From sequence record NC_054925.1: DNA of 64,000 nucleotides. One strand, written 5' to 3'. Numbering within the stretch: position 1 is the stretch's first letter; each line of letters starts with the position of its first letter. A program made the translations under genes and the position numbers. Source of the stretch: Escherichia phage vB_EcoM_NBG2. Positions 37,308 through 48,252 of the stretch are shown piece by piece. The notes beneath the pieces are model-generated. The model worked only from the letters and a program-made list of their open reading frames with translations, made no database searches and had not been told where the DNA came from.

Positions 37308-38032
37308 TATAGTACCTTTAGTGTATTTTTAATTTTAGAAAAAAGTTCTTCAAGAGAACCATCGTTTGTAATTACTAAATCGCCATCACGAATTGGCAAT
37401 CCAGCTTCTGTAATATGTGTATCATTGGATTTTTGACCAGGACGAACTACATGAATTACTGTAGCACCCATCGCCCTAGCCGCATCCATTTCATGATCTT
37501 GACGAGTATCAGGAACGATATAATAATCATAACCTGGGTTAAATTTATCAAGATAATCTAAAGCAAATAATTTTACCCAATACATGCGGTCGAAGTTATT
37601 AACAATCAAATCCGTACCTAGGGCTTGCATCAGACGACGGACTGACCATTGGTCTTCAATATTATTTATAACGTCAATAATCTTGTTAAATGCTACGGAA
37701 TTAACTGATTCTTTTCCTTCGTCATCAAAAACAAACACGCCTTTAATTGGGCTTTTACTATTAAGATAGCAAAATGCTTGTTCCATAATCGTAATTACTT
37801 CTAATTTAGTCAGATTTAAATTAGTCTCACGATCATAGTCAATTCCTTCAAACTCTTTACGAGTTAAGCAAGGATAGTCAGTGTTTGCTGCGAATACGCC
37901 CCATGCATAAGCCAATGCATCTTTAATAGGACCAGCAAGTTGATATTTAACTGCAGAATAATTATTCATGATAAAATCTGCAGTAGTATCTTTTCCACTA
38001 CGCTTTACACCACTCAAAAAGATTAGTTTCAT
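37307..38032 (-). CDS. 1: deoxynucleoside monophosphate kinase
   Basis: 241 aa; P-loop LSGVKRSGKDT; matches T4 gp1 as recalled. Confidence 0.92.
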
Positions 38033-38081
38033 ATGTTTCTCCTCAAATTTAGTTAAGATTATAACACATGAAACTGAAGCA

Positions 38082-38612
38082 TTAAACTTCTGCTATAATT
38101 TTACCATCTTTTTCTACTTGAAAATACGTATAAGGAATCGTTGCTGTACATACTAAAGCCGGGTCTGAATCTTCCGTGTAGCTAAATTCTACTTCAGACA
38201 GGTCAGAAACCCAAGGCTTATAAAAGTTTATTGACATCACGATTTCAGTTTTACTATTATCTAAAATGTAAAGCGTAATGTATTCAGGACCTGTTTTTTG
38301 GGCAGTATTTTCGCCTGTAAGATAGTTACTAGTTCCTAGCATCCATTCATACATTCCTATCCACGACTTAAGTTCTTCATCAACTATAAATCTCACGATG
38401 AGTGGATCGTACTCAAATGTAACTCCTGGACGCTGTGCTCGGCCTAGTCCAAACGGCCCAGTCACGGTATCAGTAACAGGTATCCTAATTCCCGGAATAG
38501 GAACTGACTGAGCATTTAAAGTAAAAGCAGATGTAGTATTACTATGCGGTATTGATACTACAAAGTTAGTTGTATTTGCTTGGTTAAAAATTTGTTGCAG
38601 AGCTTGCGACAT
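38082..38612 (-). CDS. 3: tail sheath stabiliser / tail completion protein gp3
   Basis: Start set at MSQALQQIFNQ (176 aa) as in T4 gp3; ORF-track start at 38693 is an upstream in-frame extension. Confidence 0.85.
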   Translation of the reverse strand: MSQALQQIFNQANTTNFVVSIPHSNTTSAFTLNAQSVPIPGIRIPVTDTVTGPFGLGRAQRPGVTFEYDPLIVRFIVDEELKSWIGMYEWMLGTSNYLTGENTAQKTGPEYITLYILDNSKTEIVMSINFYKPWVSDLSEVEFSYTEDSDPALVCTATIPYTYFQVEKDGKIIAEV

Positions 38613-38718
38613 ATATTCCTCATAATGCTTTATAAATGTTGGTGGTATAATGGGTCTAAGTCCCTTCCATTCAATTCCAATTAGAACAAACAATAGAAAA
38701 GAATGGAAGATAATAGAA

Positions 38719-39543
38719 TTAGATATTTGACCAGACTTTGTTTGCAGAGAAACGTTTTCCTTTTGAAACGAACTGCTGAAGTGGCATTAACACAACGTTC
38801 GCCCAGTCTTTCGGGGCGATTTCAACTAGGCTACCCATAATATTACCGGGTATATATGCCTTAATCATTTGGTCTGCACCCCTAAATCCTTTCACTTGAC
38901 TCCAATCAATTTTTAATTTCGTTTTATTAGTAATAGTAGGTGTATTCGAATATTGCTTTAAAAGCTCTTCTAGAAATTGCTGACGAGCTTTAGGTGGAAT
39001 ATAGTGCAAGTTCAATCCATACATTAAATTATGTTTACCTAAACCAAGATAAATTATCAAAGGAAATTTATCCCAGTAAGGAAGAGTTTCTTTGTGTTTA
39101 GCATCATAAGCAAAAGCATATATTCGTCCCGGCTGAGGGCGAACAACTTTATGTCCTTTTACCTGCTTAATAGTTTCAGCAAACCACTTTCTGGTTTTAT
39201 TATTAATTGCTGCACCTTCATTACGAATTTTATCGCGCAATGTTTGCCTGAATGAATTTATCATAAGCAGTTGTCTTTCTTGCTTATTGAGTTTATTCAT
39301 TGGTTTCGATTCAAGCTTTTGAATCTTTTCAGCTGTTTTAATTCCTGAAGCATATTTTGACATTGCCGAAGTAAACGTAGAATATTTAATTCCTCTTTCT
39401 TCAGCAAATTGCTTTCCTGTCATTCCTTTTGCTTTGGCCTTTTTGTATTCAAGACCTATCTGAATCCATTTCTTTTCGTTTAATGATTGCTTAACCTTTG
39501 GAACTTGGGGAGTGCTTTCATTAATTATTTGAAAAATAGCCAT
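38719..39543 (-). CDS. 2: DNA end-protector protein gp2
   Basis: 274 aa; size and position match T4 gp2. Confidence 0.85.
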   Translation of the reverse strand: MAIFQIINESTPQVPKVKQSLNEKKWIQIGLEYKKAKAKGMTGKQFAEERGIKYSTFTSAMSKYASGIKTAEKIQKLESKPMNKLNKQERQLLMINSFRQTLRDKIRNEGAAINNKTRKWFAETIKQVKGHKVVRPQPGRIYAFAYDAKHKETLPYWDKFPLIIYLGLGKHNLMYGLNLHYIPPKARQQFLEELLKQYSNTPTITNKTKLKIDWSQVKGFRGADQMIKAYIPGNIMGSLVEIAPKDWANVVLMPLQQFVSKGKRFSANKVWSNI

Positions 39544-39995
39544 TATGCCCCCTTAAAGCCAAGAGCTCGTAATCCATCTTCTGTTAGAATTCTAAATTTT
39601 ATTCCACGCTTTTCAGCTAAAGATTGTGCTGCTTTCCATTTGTCAGTATTAACGGAATATGTATAAATTTCATTCATAAATCTTTTCTTCGCTGCAGTTG
39701 TTAGATGTGCTGGTTTAACTGGTGGTTGTGTTTCTTTTTTAGGCTTTATTTCAATAAAAAATTCTTGTCCAGAAGAATCTTTCATCCAAATATCCATGAA
39801 GTATCTACGTTTTTTCCCTTCTGCATTACAAAAATAAGGAATTACTGCTGTTTCACTACCCCATGCAATAATTTCTGGATTTTTATCTAACCATTCAAAA
39901 AAGAATTTTTCCCAATTTGATCTATACGTAATTTTTTTAGGGTCACCTCTATATTTTGATATATTTTTAGGAACCCATTTTCCAGAATATGCCAT
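39543..39995 (-). CDS. 4: head completion protein gp4
   Basis: 150 aa; late promoter TATAAATA on minus strand just upstream. Confidence 0.85.
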   Translation of the reverse strand: MAYSGKWVPKNISKYRGDPKKITYRSNWEKFFFEWLDKNPEIIAWGSETAVIPYFCNAEGKKRRYFMDIWMKDSSGQEFFIEIKPKKETQPPVKPAHLTTAAKKRFMNEIYTYSVNTDKWKAAQSLAEKRGIKFRILTEDGLRALGFKGA

Positions 39996-40006
39996 TGGAT
40001 TCTCCT

Positions 40007-40014
40007 TATAAATA
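40007..40014 (+). promoter_or_regulatory. late promoter (TATAAATA) for gene 53
   Basis: Exact TATAAATA about 30 nt upstream of gene 53 start. Confidence 0.6.
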
Positions 40015-40021
40015 GATAATA

Positions 40022-40029
40022 TATTTATA
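40022..40029 (-). promoter_or_regulatory. late promoter (TATAAATA) for gene 4, divergent from gene 53 promoter
   Basis: Exact TATAAATA on minus strand 27 nt upstream of gene 4 start. Confidence 0.6.
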
Positions 40030-40042
40030 AACAGGAGGGCCC

Positions 40043-40633
40043 ATGCTCTTTACATTTTTTGATCCGATTGAATATGCGGCCAAAACGGTGAATAAAAACG
40101 CGCCGACTATTCCTATGACAGATATTTTTAGAAACTATAAAGACTATTTCAAACGCGCTCTTGCGGGATACCGTTTACGTACTTATTATATTAAAGGTTC
40201 ACCACGCCCGGAAGAATTAGCAAATGCTATATATGGAAATCCACAGTTGTATTGGGTTTTATTGATGTGTAATGATAATTATGATCCGTATTATGGATGG
40301 ATTACTTCGCAAGAAGCTGCTTATCAAGCATCTATACAAAAATACAAAAATGTAGGTGGAGACCAAATAGTATATCATGTGAATGAGAATGGTGAAAAAT
40401 TTTATAATTTAATATCATACGATGATAATCCATATGTTTGGTATGACAAAGGCGATAAAGCTAGAAAATATCCTCAATATGAAGGAGCACTTGCTGCGGT
40501 CGATACGTATGAAGCTGCTGTTCTTGAAAATGAAAAACTTCGTCAAATAAAAATAATAGCAAAATCAGACATCAATTCATTTATGAACGACCTTATACGT
40601 ATAATGGAGAAATCTTATGGAAATGATAAGTAA
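40043..40633 (+). CDS. 53: baseplate wedge protein gp53
   Basis: 196 aa; late promoter TATAAATA and GGAGGG SD upstream. Confidence 0.9.
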   Translation: MLFTFFDPIEYAAKTVNKNAPTIPMTDIFRNYKDYFKRALAGYRLRTYYIKGSPRPEELANAIYGNPQLYWVLLMCNDNYDPYYGWITSQEAAYQASIQKYKNVGGDQIVYHVNENGEKFYNLISYDDNPYVWYDKGDKARKYPQYEGALAAVDTYEAAVLENEKLRQIKIIAKSDINSFMNDLIRIMEKSYGNDK

Positions 40634-42344
40634 TAACCTTAATTGGTTTGTTGGTGTTGTTGAAGATAGAATGGACCCATTAAAATTAGGTCGTGTTCGT
40701 GTTCGTGTAGTTGGTCTGCATCCACCTCAAAGAGCACAAGGCGATGTAATGGGTATTCCAACTGATAAATTACCATGGATGTCAGTTATTCAACCTATAA
40801 CTTCTGCAGCAATGTCTGGAATTGGAGGCTCCGTTACTGGTCCGGTAGAAGGAACTAGAGTTTATGGTCATTTTTTAGACAAATGGAAAACTAACGGAAT
40901 TGTTCTTGGCACGTATGGTGGAATAGTTCGCGAAAAGCCTAATAGACTTGAAGGATTTTCTGACCCGACTGGACAGTATCCTAGACGTCTAGGAAATGAT
41001 ACTAACGTATTAAACCAAGGCGGAGAAGTAGGATATGATTCGTCTTCTAATATTATCCAAGATAGTAATTTAGATACTGCGATAAATCCCGATGATAGAC
41101 CACTATCAGAGATTCCAACTGATGATAATCCAAATATGTCAATGGCTGAAATGCTTCGCCGTGATGAAGGATTAAGACTAAAAGTTTATTGGGATACTGA
41201 AGGATATCCGACAATTGGTATTGGTCATCTTATCATGAAGCAGCCAGTTCGTGATATGGCCCAAATTAATAAAGTTTTATCAAAACAAGTTGGTCGTGAA
41301 ATTACCGGAAATCCAGGTTCTATTACAATGGAAGAAGCGGTAACTTTATTTGAACGTGATTTAGCTGATATGCAACGTGACATTAAATCACATTCTAAAG
41401 TTGGCCCAGTTTGGAAAGCAGTTAATCGTTCTCGTCAAATGGCATTAGAAAATATGGCATTTCAGATGGGTGTTGGCGGTGTAGCTAAATTTAACACAAT
41501 GTTAACAGCTATGTTAGCCGGAGATTGGGAAAAAGCATATAAAGCTGGTCGTGATTCATTGTGGTATCAACAAACAAAAGGCCGTGCATCTCGTGTTACC
41601 ATGATTATTCTTACAGGGAATTTGGAATCATACGGTATTGAAGTGAAAACACCAGCTAGGTCTTTGTCGGCAATGGCTGCTACTGTAGCAAAGTCTTCTG
41701 ATCCAGCTGACCCTCCTATTCCGAATGATTCGAGAATTTTATTTAAAGAACCTGTTTCTTCATATAAAGGTGAATATCCGTATGTTCATACAATGGAAAC
41801 TGAAAGCGGTCATATTCAGGAATTTGATGATACCCCTGGGCAAGAACGATATAGATTAGTTCATCCGACTGGAACGTATGAGGAAGTGTCACCGTCAGGA
41901 AGAAGAACAAGAAAAACTGTTGATAATTTGTATGATATAACAAACGCTGACGGTAATTTTTTGGTAGCCGGCGATAAAAAGACTAACGTCGGTGGATCAG
42001 AAATTTATTACAACATGGATAATCGTCTTCACCAAATAGATGGAAGCAATACGATATTTGTGCGTGGCGATGAAACTAAGACGGTTGAAGGTAATGGAAC
42101 TATCCTAGTCAAAGGTAATGTTACTATTGTAGTTGAAGGTAATGCTGACATTACAGTTAAAGGGGATGCTACTACTTTAGTTGAAGGAAACCAGACTAAT
42201 ACAGTAAATGGAAATCTTTCTTGGAAAGTTGCTGGAACAGTTGATTGGGATGTTGGTGGTGATTGGACAGAAAAAATGGCATCTATGAGTTCTATTTCAT
42301 CTGGTCAATACACAATTGATGGATCGAGGATTGACATTGGCTAA
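40617..42344 (+). CDS. 5: baseplate hub / tail-associated lysozyme gp5
   Basis: 575 aa; central T4-lysozyme-like domain (EGLRLKVYWDTEGYPTIGIGHL) and C-terminal VxGxxxx beta-helix repeats. Confidence 0.95.
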   Translation: MEMISNNLNWFVGVVEDRMDPLKLGRVRVRVVGLHPPQRAQGDVMGIPTDKLPWMSVIQPITSAAMSGIGGSVTGPVEGTRVYGHFLDKWKTNGIVLGTYGGIVREKPNRLEGFSDPTGQYPRRLGNDTNVLNQGGEVGYDSSSNIIQDSNLDTAINPDDRPLSEIPTDDNPNMSMAEMLRRDEGLRLKVYWDTEGYPTIGIGHLIMKQPVRDMAQINKVLSKQVGREITGNPGSITMEEAVTLFERDLADMQRDIKSHSKVGPVWKAVNRSRQMALENMAFQMGVGGVAKFNTMLTAMLAGDWEKAYKAGRDSLWYQQTKGRASRVTMIILTGNLESYGIEVKTPARSLSAMAATVAKSSDPADPPIPNDSRILFKEPVSSYKGEYPYVHTMETESGHIQEFDDTPGQERYRLVHPTGTYEEVSPSGRRTRKTVDNLYDITNADGNFLVAGDKKTNVGGSEIYYNMDNRLHQIDGSNTIFVRGDETKTVEGNGTILVKGNVTIVVEGNADITVKGDATTLVEGNQTNTVNGNLSWKVAGTVDWDVGGDWTEKMASMSSISSGQYTIDGSRIDIG

Positions 42345-42378
42345 TATACTTCCAATGAGCGCTGATTTAGGAGAATCC

Positions 42379-42873
42379 ATGGAAGGTTCTTCTATCGACG
42401 TCACCTTTACCGCTCAATTAGAAACAGGTGAAACGTTAGTATCTATAAATATAACTAGTTACGAAGAAACTCCTGGGGTTTTAGTAGAAGAAAATCGTTT
42501 ATATGGAACGTATGAATCTGTATTTGGATTTGGAAATGACGCATTGAAATATCGTTTAGATGATGAATTTAAAACTGCTGCTTCATGGGAAGACCTTCCA
42601 ACTGATTCTAATACTCAGTTATATTTATGGAAAGCTCCTCAAAACCTCCAGAAGACATTCACTTACGAAGTAACATTAATATATGACTACCAAGAACAAA
42701 GTGAATCTGGAGGTTCTGGTAGTAATTCTAGGTCATCTTCTGATACTACTGAACCAACGGATCCTCCTGCTCCAATAAGAAAAACTCTTGTTAAAAATTA
42801 CACAAAAACTATAGTTGGAAATTGGAGCCGTTGGGCTAATAAATTGAGAAGCTACGTATATGAGAGGCAATAA
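42379..42873 (+). CDS. hypothetical protein gp5.1 (164 aa, start revised)
   Basis: Start MEGSSIDV with AGGAGA SD. Confidence 0.6.
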
Positions 42874-43166
42874 TGTCAGGATTAAGTTATGATAAGTGTG
42901 TCACTGCTGGCCATGAAGCGTGGCCTCCAACAGTTGTGAATGCTACACAAAGTAAAGTATTCACTGGAGGAATTGCTGTTCTCGTAGCAGGTGATCCAAT
43001 TACAGAACATACAGAAATTAAAAAGCCATATGAAACACATGGCGGAGTGACACAACCTAGAACTTCTAAGGTATATGTCACTGGAAAGAAAGCTGTTCAA
43101 ATGGCTGATCCAATATCATGCGGTGATACTGTGGCTCAGGCATCATCTAAAGTATTCATTAAATAG
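42873..43166 (+). CDS. 5.4: PAAR-repeat spike tip protein gp5.4
   Basis: 97 aa; size and position match T4 gp5.4. Confidence 0.8.
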
Positions 43167-43174
43167 GATTTAAA

Positions 43175-45157
43175 ATGGCAAATACCCCTGTAAATTATCA
43201 ATTAACAAGAACAGCAAATGCTATTCCCGAGATATTCGTCGGGGGTACATTTGCTGAAATAAAACAAAACCTCATTGAATGGCTTAATGGTCAAAATGAA
43301 TTTTTGGATTATGATTTTGAAGGCTCAAGATTAAACGTTCTGTGCGACCTTTTGGCTTATAACACATTATACATTCAGCAGTTTGGTAATGCTGCCGTGT
43401 ATGAAAGCTTTATGCGTACTGCTAACTTACGTAGTTCAGTAGTTCAAGCGGCACAAGATAATGGATATTTACCTACTTCAAAATCAGCTGCTCAAACTGA
43501 AATTATGCTAACTTGCACAGACGCATTGAATAGAAATTACATTACTATTCCTCGTGGTACTCGCTTTTTAGCATATGCAAAAGATACTTCCGTTAATCCT
43601 TACAACTTTGTATCTACCGAAGATGTTATTGCTATTCGCGATAAAAATAACCAATATTTTCCGCGTTTAAAATTAGCCCAGGGACGTATAGTAAGAACTG
43701 AAATCATTTATGATAAATTAACACCTATTATCATTTATGACAAAAATATAGATAGAAACCAAGTTAAACTATACGTTGATGGAGCAGAATGGATTAACTG
43801 GACAAGAAAGTCAATGGTTCATGCTGGTTCTACATCAACAATTTACTACATGCGTGAAACTATTGATGGAAATACTGAATTTTATTTTGGTGAAGGTGAG
43901 ATTTCTGTTAACGCGGCAGAAGGAGCATTGACCGCTAATTATATTGGGGGTCTTAAACCTACCCAGAACTCTACGATTGTTATTGAGTACATCAGTACTA
44001 ACGGTGCAGATGCGAATGGTGCAGTCGGATTTTCATACGCAGATACATTAACAAATATAACTGTCATCAATATTAACGAAAATCCAAATGATGACCCAGA
44101 TTTTGTTGGGGCAGATGGCGGCGGCGATCCAGAAGATATTGAGCGTATTCGCGAATTGGGTACTATTAAACGCGAAACCCAGCAACGCTGCGTAACTGCG
44201 ACTGATTATGATACATTCGTTTCAGAAAGATTCGGTTCTATTATTCAAGCGGTTCAGACTTTCACTGATTCTACTAAACCTGGTTATGCATTTATTGCTG
44301 CTAAACCTAAATCAGGACTATATTTAACTACTGTACAACGTGAAGATATTAAAAATTATCTCAAAGATTATAATTTAGCTCCTATTACACCATCAATTAT
44401 TTCTCCTAATTATCTTTTTGTTAAGACTAATTTAAAAGTCACATATGCTTTAAATAAGCTGCAAGAATCAGAACAGTGGCTAGAAGGTCAAATAATTGAT
44501 AAAATTGATCGTTATTATACCGAAGATGTAGAAATTTTTAACTCATCTTTCGCTAAATCTAAGATGCTGACATACGTAGATGATGCAGATCATTCTATCA
44601 TTGGCTCATCCGCGACAATTCAAATGGTACGTGAAGTACAAAACTTCTATAAAACGCCTGAAGCGGGTATTAAATACAATAATCAAATAAAAGATCGTTC
44701 TATGGAATCTAATACGTTTTCATTTAATTCCGGACGAAAGGTTGTAAATCCTGATACTGGCTTAGAAGAAGATGTATTATATGACGTTCGTATAGTATCA
44801 ACAGACCGAGATTCTAAAGGAATTGGTAAAGTTATTATTGGTCCATTTGCTTCGGGTGATGTTACAGAAAATGAAAACATTCAGCCATATACAGGCAATG
44901 ATTTTAATAAATTAGCAAGTTCCGATGGACGTGACAAATACTATGTTATCGGTGAAATAAATTATCCAGCTGACATGATTTATTGGAATATCGCTAAAAT
45001 TAATTTAACATCCGATAAATTTGAGGTTCAGACTATTGAGCTATATTCTGATCCAATAGACGATGTTATTTTCACACGCGATGGTTCACTGATCGTATTT
45101 GAAAATGATTTACGTCCACAATACTTAACTATCGATTTGGAGCCTATATCACAATGA
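43175..45157 (+). CDS. 6: baseplate wedge protein gp6
   Basis: 660 aa; size and order as in T4. Confidence 0.92.
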   Translation: MANTPVNYQLTRTANAIPEIFVGGTFAEIKQNLIEWLNGQNEFLDYDFEGSRLNVLCDLLAYNTLYIQQFGNAAVYESFMRTANLRSSVVQAAQDNGYLPTSKSAAQTEIMLTCTDALNRNYITIPRGTRFLAYAKDTSVNPYNFVSTEDVIAIRDKNNQYFPRLKLAQGRIVRTEIIYDKLTPIIIYDKNIDRNQVKLYVDGAEWINWTRKSMVHAGSTSTIYYMRETIDGNTEFYFGEGEISVNAAEGALTANYIGGLKPTQNSTIVIEYISTNGADANGAVGFSYADTLTNITVININENPNDDPDFVGADGGGDPEDIERIRELGTIKRETQQRCVTATDYDTFVSERFGSIIQAVQTFTDSTKPGYAFIAAKPKSGLYLTTVQREDIKNYLKDYNLAPITPSIISPNYLFVKTNLKVTYALNKLQESEQWLEGQIIDKIDRYYTEDVEIFNSSFAKSKMLTYVDDADHSIIGSSATIQMVREVQNFYKTPEAGIKYNNQIKDRSMESNTFSFNSGRKVVNPDTGLEEDVLYDVRIVSTDRDSKGIGKVIIGPFASGDVTENENIQPYTGNDFNKLASSDGRDKYYVIGEINYPADMIYWNIAKINLTSDKFEVQTIELYSDPIDDVIFTRDGSLIVFENDLRPQYLTIDLEPISQ

Positions 45158-48100
45158 CAGTAAAAGCACCTTCAGTCACTAGTCTCAGAATTTCCAAGTT
45201 ATCCGCAAATCAGGTGCAAGTACGCTGGGATGACGTTGGTGCTAATTTCTACTATTTTGTAGAAATCGCTGAGACAAAAACAGACTCGGGGGAAAATCTC
45301 CCGAGTAATCAATACAGATGGGTTAACTTAGGATATACTGCAAATAACAGCTTCTTTTTTGATGATGCCGACCCATTGACATCGTACATTATTAGAGTAG
45401 CTACAGCTGCGCAGGATTTTGAGCAGTCTGATTGGATTTATACTGAAGAGTTTGAAACTTTTGCTACAAACGCTTATACATTTCAAAACATGATTGAAAT
45501 GCAATTAGCTAATAAATTCATTCAGGAAAAATTTACTCTTAATAATTCTGACTATGTCAATTTTAACAATGACACTATAATGGCTGCATTGATGAATGAA
45601 TCGTTTCAATTCAGCCCATCATATGTTGATGTTTCATCAATAAGTAATTTTATTATTGGTGAAAATGAGTATCATGAAATACAAGGTTCTATTCAGCAAG
45701 TATGTAAGGATATTAACCGAGTTTATTTGATGGAATCAGAAGGGATTCTATATCTTTTTGAGCGTTATCAACCTGTAGTTAAAGTATCTAATGATAAAGG
45801 ACAAACCTGGAAAGCTGTAAAGCTCTTCAATGACCGCGTAGGATATCCTTTATCTAAGACTGTATATTACCAATCTGCGAACACAACATATGTTCTAGGA
45901 TACGACAAGATTTTCTACGGCCGCAAATCTACTGATGTTAGATGGTCAGCTGATGATGTCAGATTTAGTTCGCAGGATATAACATTCGCTAAACTTGGCG
46001 ACCAATTACATCTAGGATTTGATGTAGAAATTTTTGCCACTTACGCGACTTTACCAGCTAATGTATATCGCATTGCAGAAGCTATTACTTGCACCGATGA
46101 TTACATTTACGTTGTCGCCAGAGACAAAGTTAGATACATAAAAACGAGTAATGCACCTATAGATTCTGATCCATTATCTCCAACGTATTCGGAAAGGCTA
46201 TTTGAACCTGATACGATGACTATAACTGGAAATCCTAAAGCAGTATGTTATAAAATGGATTCTATTGGTGATAAAGTTTTTGCTCTTATTATTGGTGAAG
46301 TTGAAACATTAAATGCTAATCCTAGAACATCAAAAATAATTGATTCTGTTGATAAAGGAATATATGTTTTAAATCATGACACAAAAACGTGGAAAAGAGT
46401 TTTTGGCAACACTGAAGAAGAAAGAAGACGTATTCAACCAGGGTATGCGAATATGTCAACTGATGGTAAATTAGTTTCTTTATCTTCTAGTAATTTTAAA
46501 TTTTTAAGCGATAACGTTGTTAATGACCCTGAAACTGTGGTGAAGTATCAGTTAATCGGTGCTGTTAAATATGAATTTCCTCGTGAATGGCTAGCTGATA
46601 AGCATTATCATATGATGGCATTTATAGCAGATGAAAAATCTGATTGGGAAACTTTTACACCTCAGCCGATGAAATACTACGCAGAACCATTCTTTAACTG
46701 GTCTAAAAAATCTAACACACGCTGTTGGATAAACAACTCTGATAGAGCTGTAGTAGTTTATGCTGATTTAAAATACACCAAAGTTATAGAAAATATTCCG
46801 GAAACATCACCAGATAGATTAGTTCATGAATACTGGGATGATGGTGATTGTACGATAGTAATGCCAAATGTTAAATTCACGGGATTTAAAAAATACGCAT
46901 CTGGGATGCTTTTTTATAAGTCTTCTGGTGAAATAATTTCTTACTATGATTTTAACTATCGAGTGAGAGACACGGTTGAAATAATTTGGAAGCCAACTGA
47001 AATATTTTTAAAAGCATTTTTACAAAACCAAGAGCGTGAAACTCCTTGGTCCCCGGAAGAAGAGCATGGATTAACTGATCCTGATTTAAGACCATTGATT
47101 GGCACAATGATGCCTGATTCTTATCTGCTACAGGATTCTAATTTTGAGGCATTCTGCGAAGCATATATTCAGTATCTTTCTGATGGATATGGAACTCAGT
47201 ATAATAATTTACGAAATTTAATTCGTAACCAATATCCGCGAGAAGAGCACGCGTGGGAATATTTGTGGTCAGAGATATATAAAAGAAACATTTATTTAAA
47301 TGCTGATAAACGTGATGCTGTTGCAAGATTTTTTGAATCACGTAGCTATGATTTTTATTCTACTAAAGGAATTGAAGCATCATACAAATTTCTTTTTAAA
47401 GTTCTTTATAATGAAGAAGTTGAAATTGAAATTGAATCTGGGGCTGGTACTGAATATGATATAATCGTTCAATCTGATTCTTTAACCGAAGACTTAGTAG
47501 GACAAACGATTTATACAGCTACAGGAAGATGTAATGTTACTTATATAGAAAGAAGCTATTCTAATGGTAAATTGCAATGGACCGTAACTATTCATAATCT
47601 TTTAGGAAGATTAATTGCCGGTCAAGAAGTTAAAGCAGAAAGACTCCCTAGTTTCGAAGGAGAAATTATTCGCGGGGTTAAAGGAAAGGATTTGCTTCAA
47701 AATAATATAGACTATATTAATAGAAGTAGATCATATTATGTAATGAAAATTAAATCCAATTTACCTTCTTCCCGCTGGAAATCTGACGTTATTCGTTTTG
47801 TTCATCCAGTAGGATTTGGATTTATAGCAATTACCCTTTTAACAATGTTTATTAATGTTGGTTTAACTCTTAAACATACAGAGACTATAATTAATAAATA
47901 CAAAAACTATAAATGGGATTCTGGATTGCCTACTGAATATGCTGATAGAGTAGCCAAATTGACTCCAACCGGTGAAATTGAGCATGATTCAGTAACAGGC
48001 GAAGCAATTTATGAACCTGGCCCAATGGCTGGTGTAGAATATCCTCTTCCTGATGACTATAATGCTGAAAATAATAATTCAATATTTCAAGGTCAATTGC

Positions 48101-48252
48101 CATCTGAACGACGTAAATTAATGAGTCCTCTATTTGATGCATCTGGAACAACATTTGCGCAATTTAGGGATTTAGTTAATAAACGTCTAAAAGATAATAT
48201 AGGAAATCCAAGAGACCCTGAAAATCCAACACAGGTTAAAATAGATGAATGA
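45154..48252 (+). CDS. 7: baseplate wedge protein gp7
   Basis: 1032 aa; size and order as in T4. Confidence 0.92.
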   Translation: MTVKAPSVTSLRISKLSANQVQVRWDDVGANFYYFVEIAETKTDSGENLPSNQYRWVNLGYTANNSFFFDDADPLTSYIIRVATAAQDFEQSDWIYTEEFETFATNAYTFQNMIEMQLANKFIQEKFTLNNSDYVNFNNDTIMAALMNESFQFSPSYVDVSSISNFIIGENEYHEIQGSIQQVCKDINRVYLMESEGILYLFERYQPVVKVSNDKGQTWKAVKLFNDRVGYPLSKTVYYQSANTTYVLGYDKIFYGRKSTDVRWSADDVRFSSQDITFAKLGDQLHLGFDVEIFATYATLPANVYRIAEAITCTDDYIYVVARDKVRYIKTSNAPIDSDPLSPTYSERLFEPDTMTITGNPKAVCYKMDSIGDKVFALIIGEVETLNANPRTSKIIDSVDKGIYVLNHDTKTWKRVFGNTEEERRRIQPGYANMSTDGKLVSLSSSNFKFLSDNVVNDPETVVKYQLIGAVKYEFPREWLADKHYHMMAFIADEKSDWETFTPQPMKYYAEPFFNWSKKSNTRCWINNSDRAVVVYADLKYTKVIENIPETSPDRLVHEYWDDGDCTIVMPNVKFTGFKKYASGMLFYKSSGEIISYYDFNYRVRDTVEIIWKPTEIFLKAFLQNQERETPWSPEEEHGLTDPDLRPLIGTMMPDSYLLQDSNFEAFCEAYIQYLSDGYGTQYNNLRNLIRNQYPREEHAWEYLWSEIYKRNIYLNADKRDAVARFFESRSYDFYSTKGIEASYKFLFKVLYNEEVEIEIESGAGTEYDIIVQSDSLTEDLVGQTIYTATGRCNVTYIERSYSNGKLQWTVTIHNLLGRLIAGQEVKAERLPSFEGEIIRGVKGKDLLQNNIDYINRSRSYYVMKIKSNLPSSRWKSDVIRFVHPVGFGFIAITLLTMFINVGLTLKHTETIINKYKNYKWDSGLPTEYADRVAKLTPTGEIEHDSVTGEAIYEPGPMAGVEYPLPDDYNAENNNSIFQGQLPSERRKLMSPLFDASGTTFAQFRDLVNKRLKDNIGNPRDPENPTQVKIDE

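Noticed and set aside
42882-43100. Minus-strand ORFs (72 and 64 aa) inside gene 5.4
   Set aside because: Antisense to a conserved late structural gene within a plus-strand late operon; no signals.
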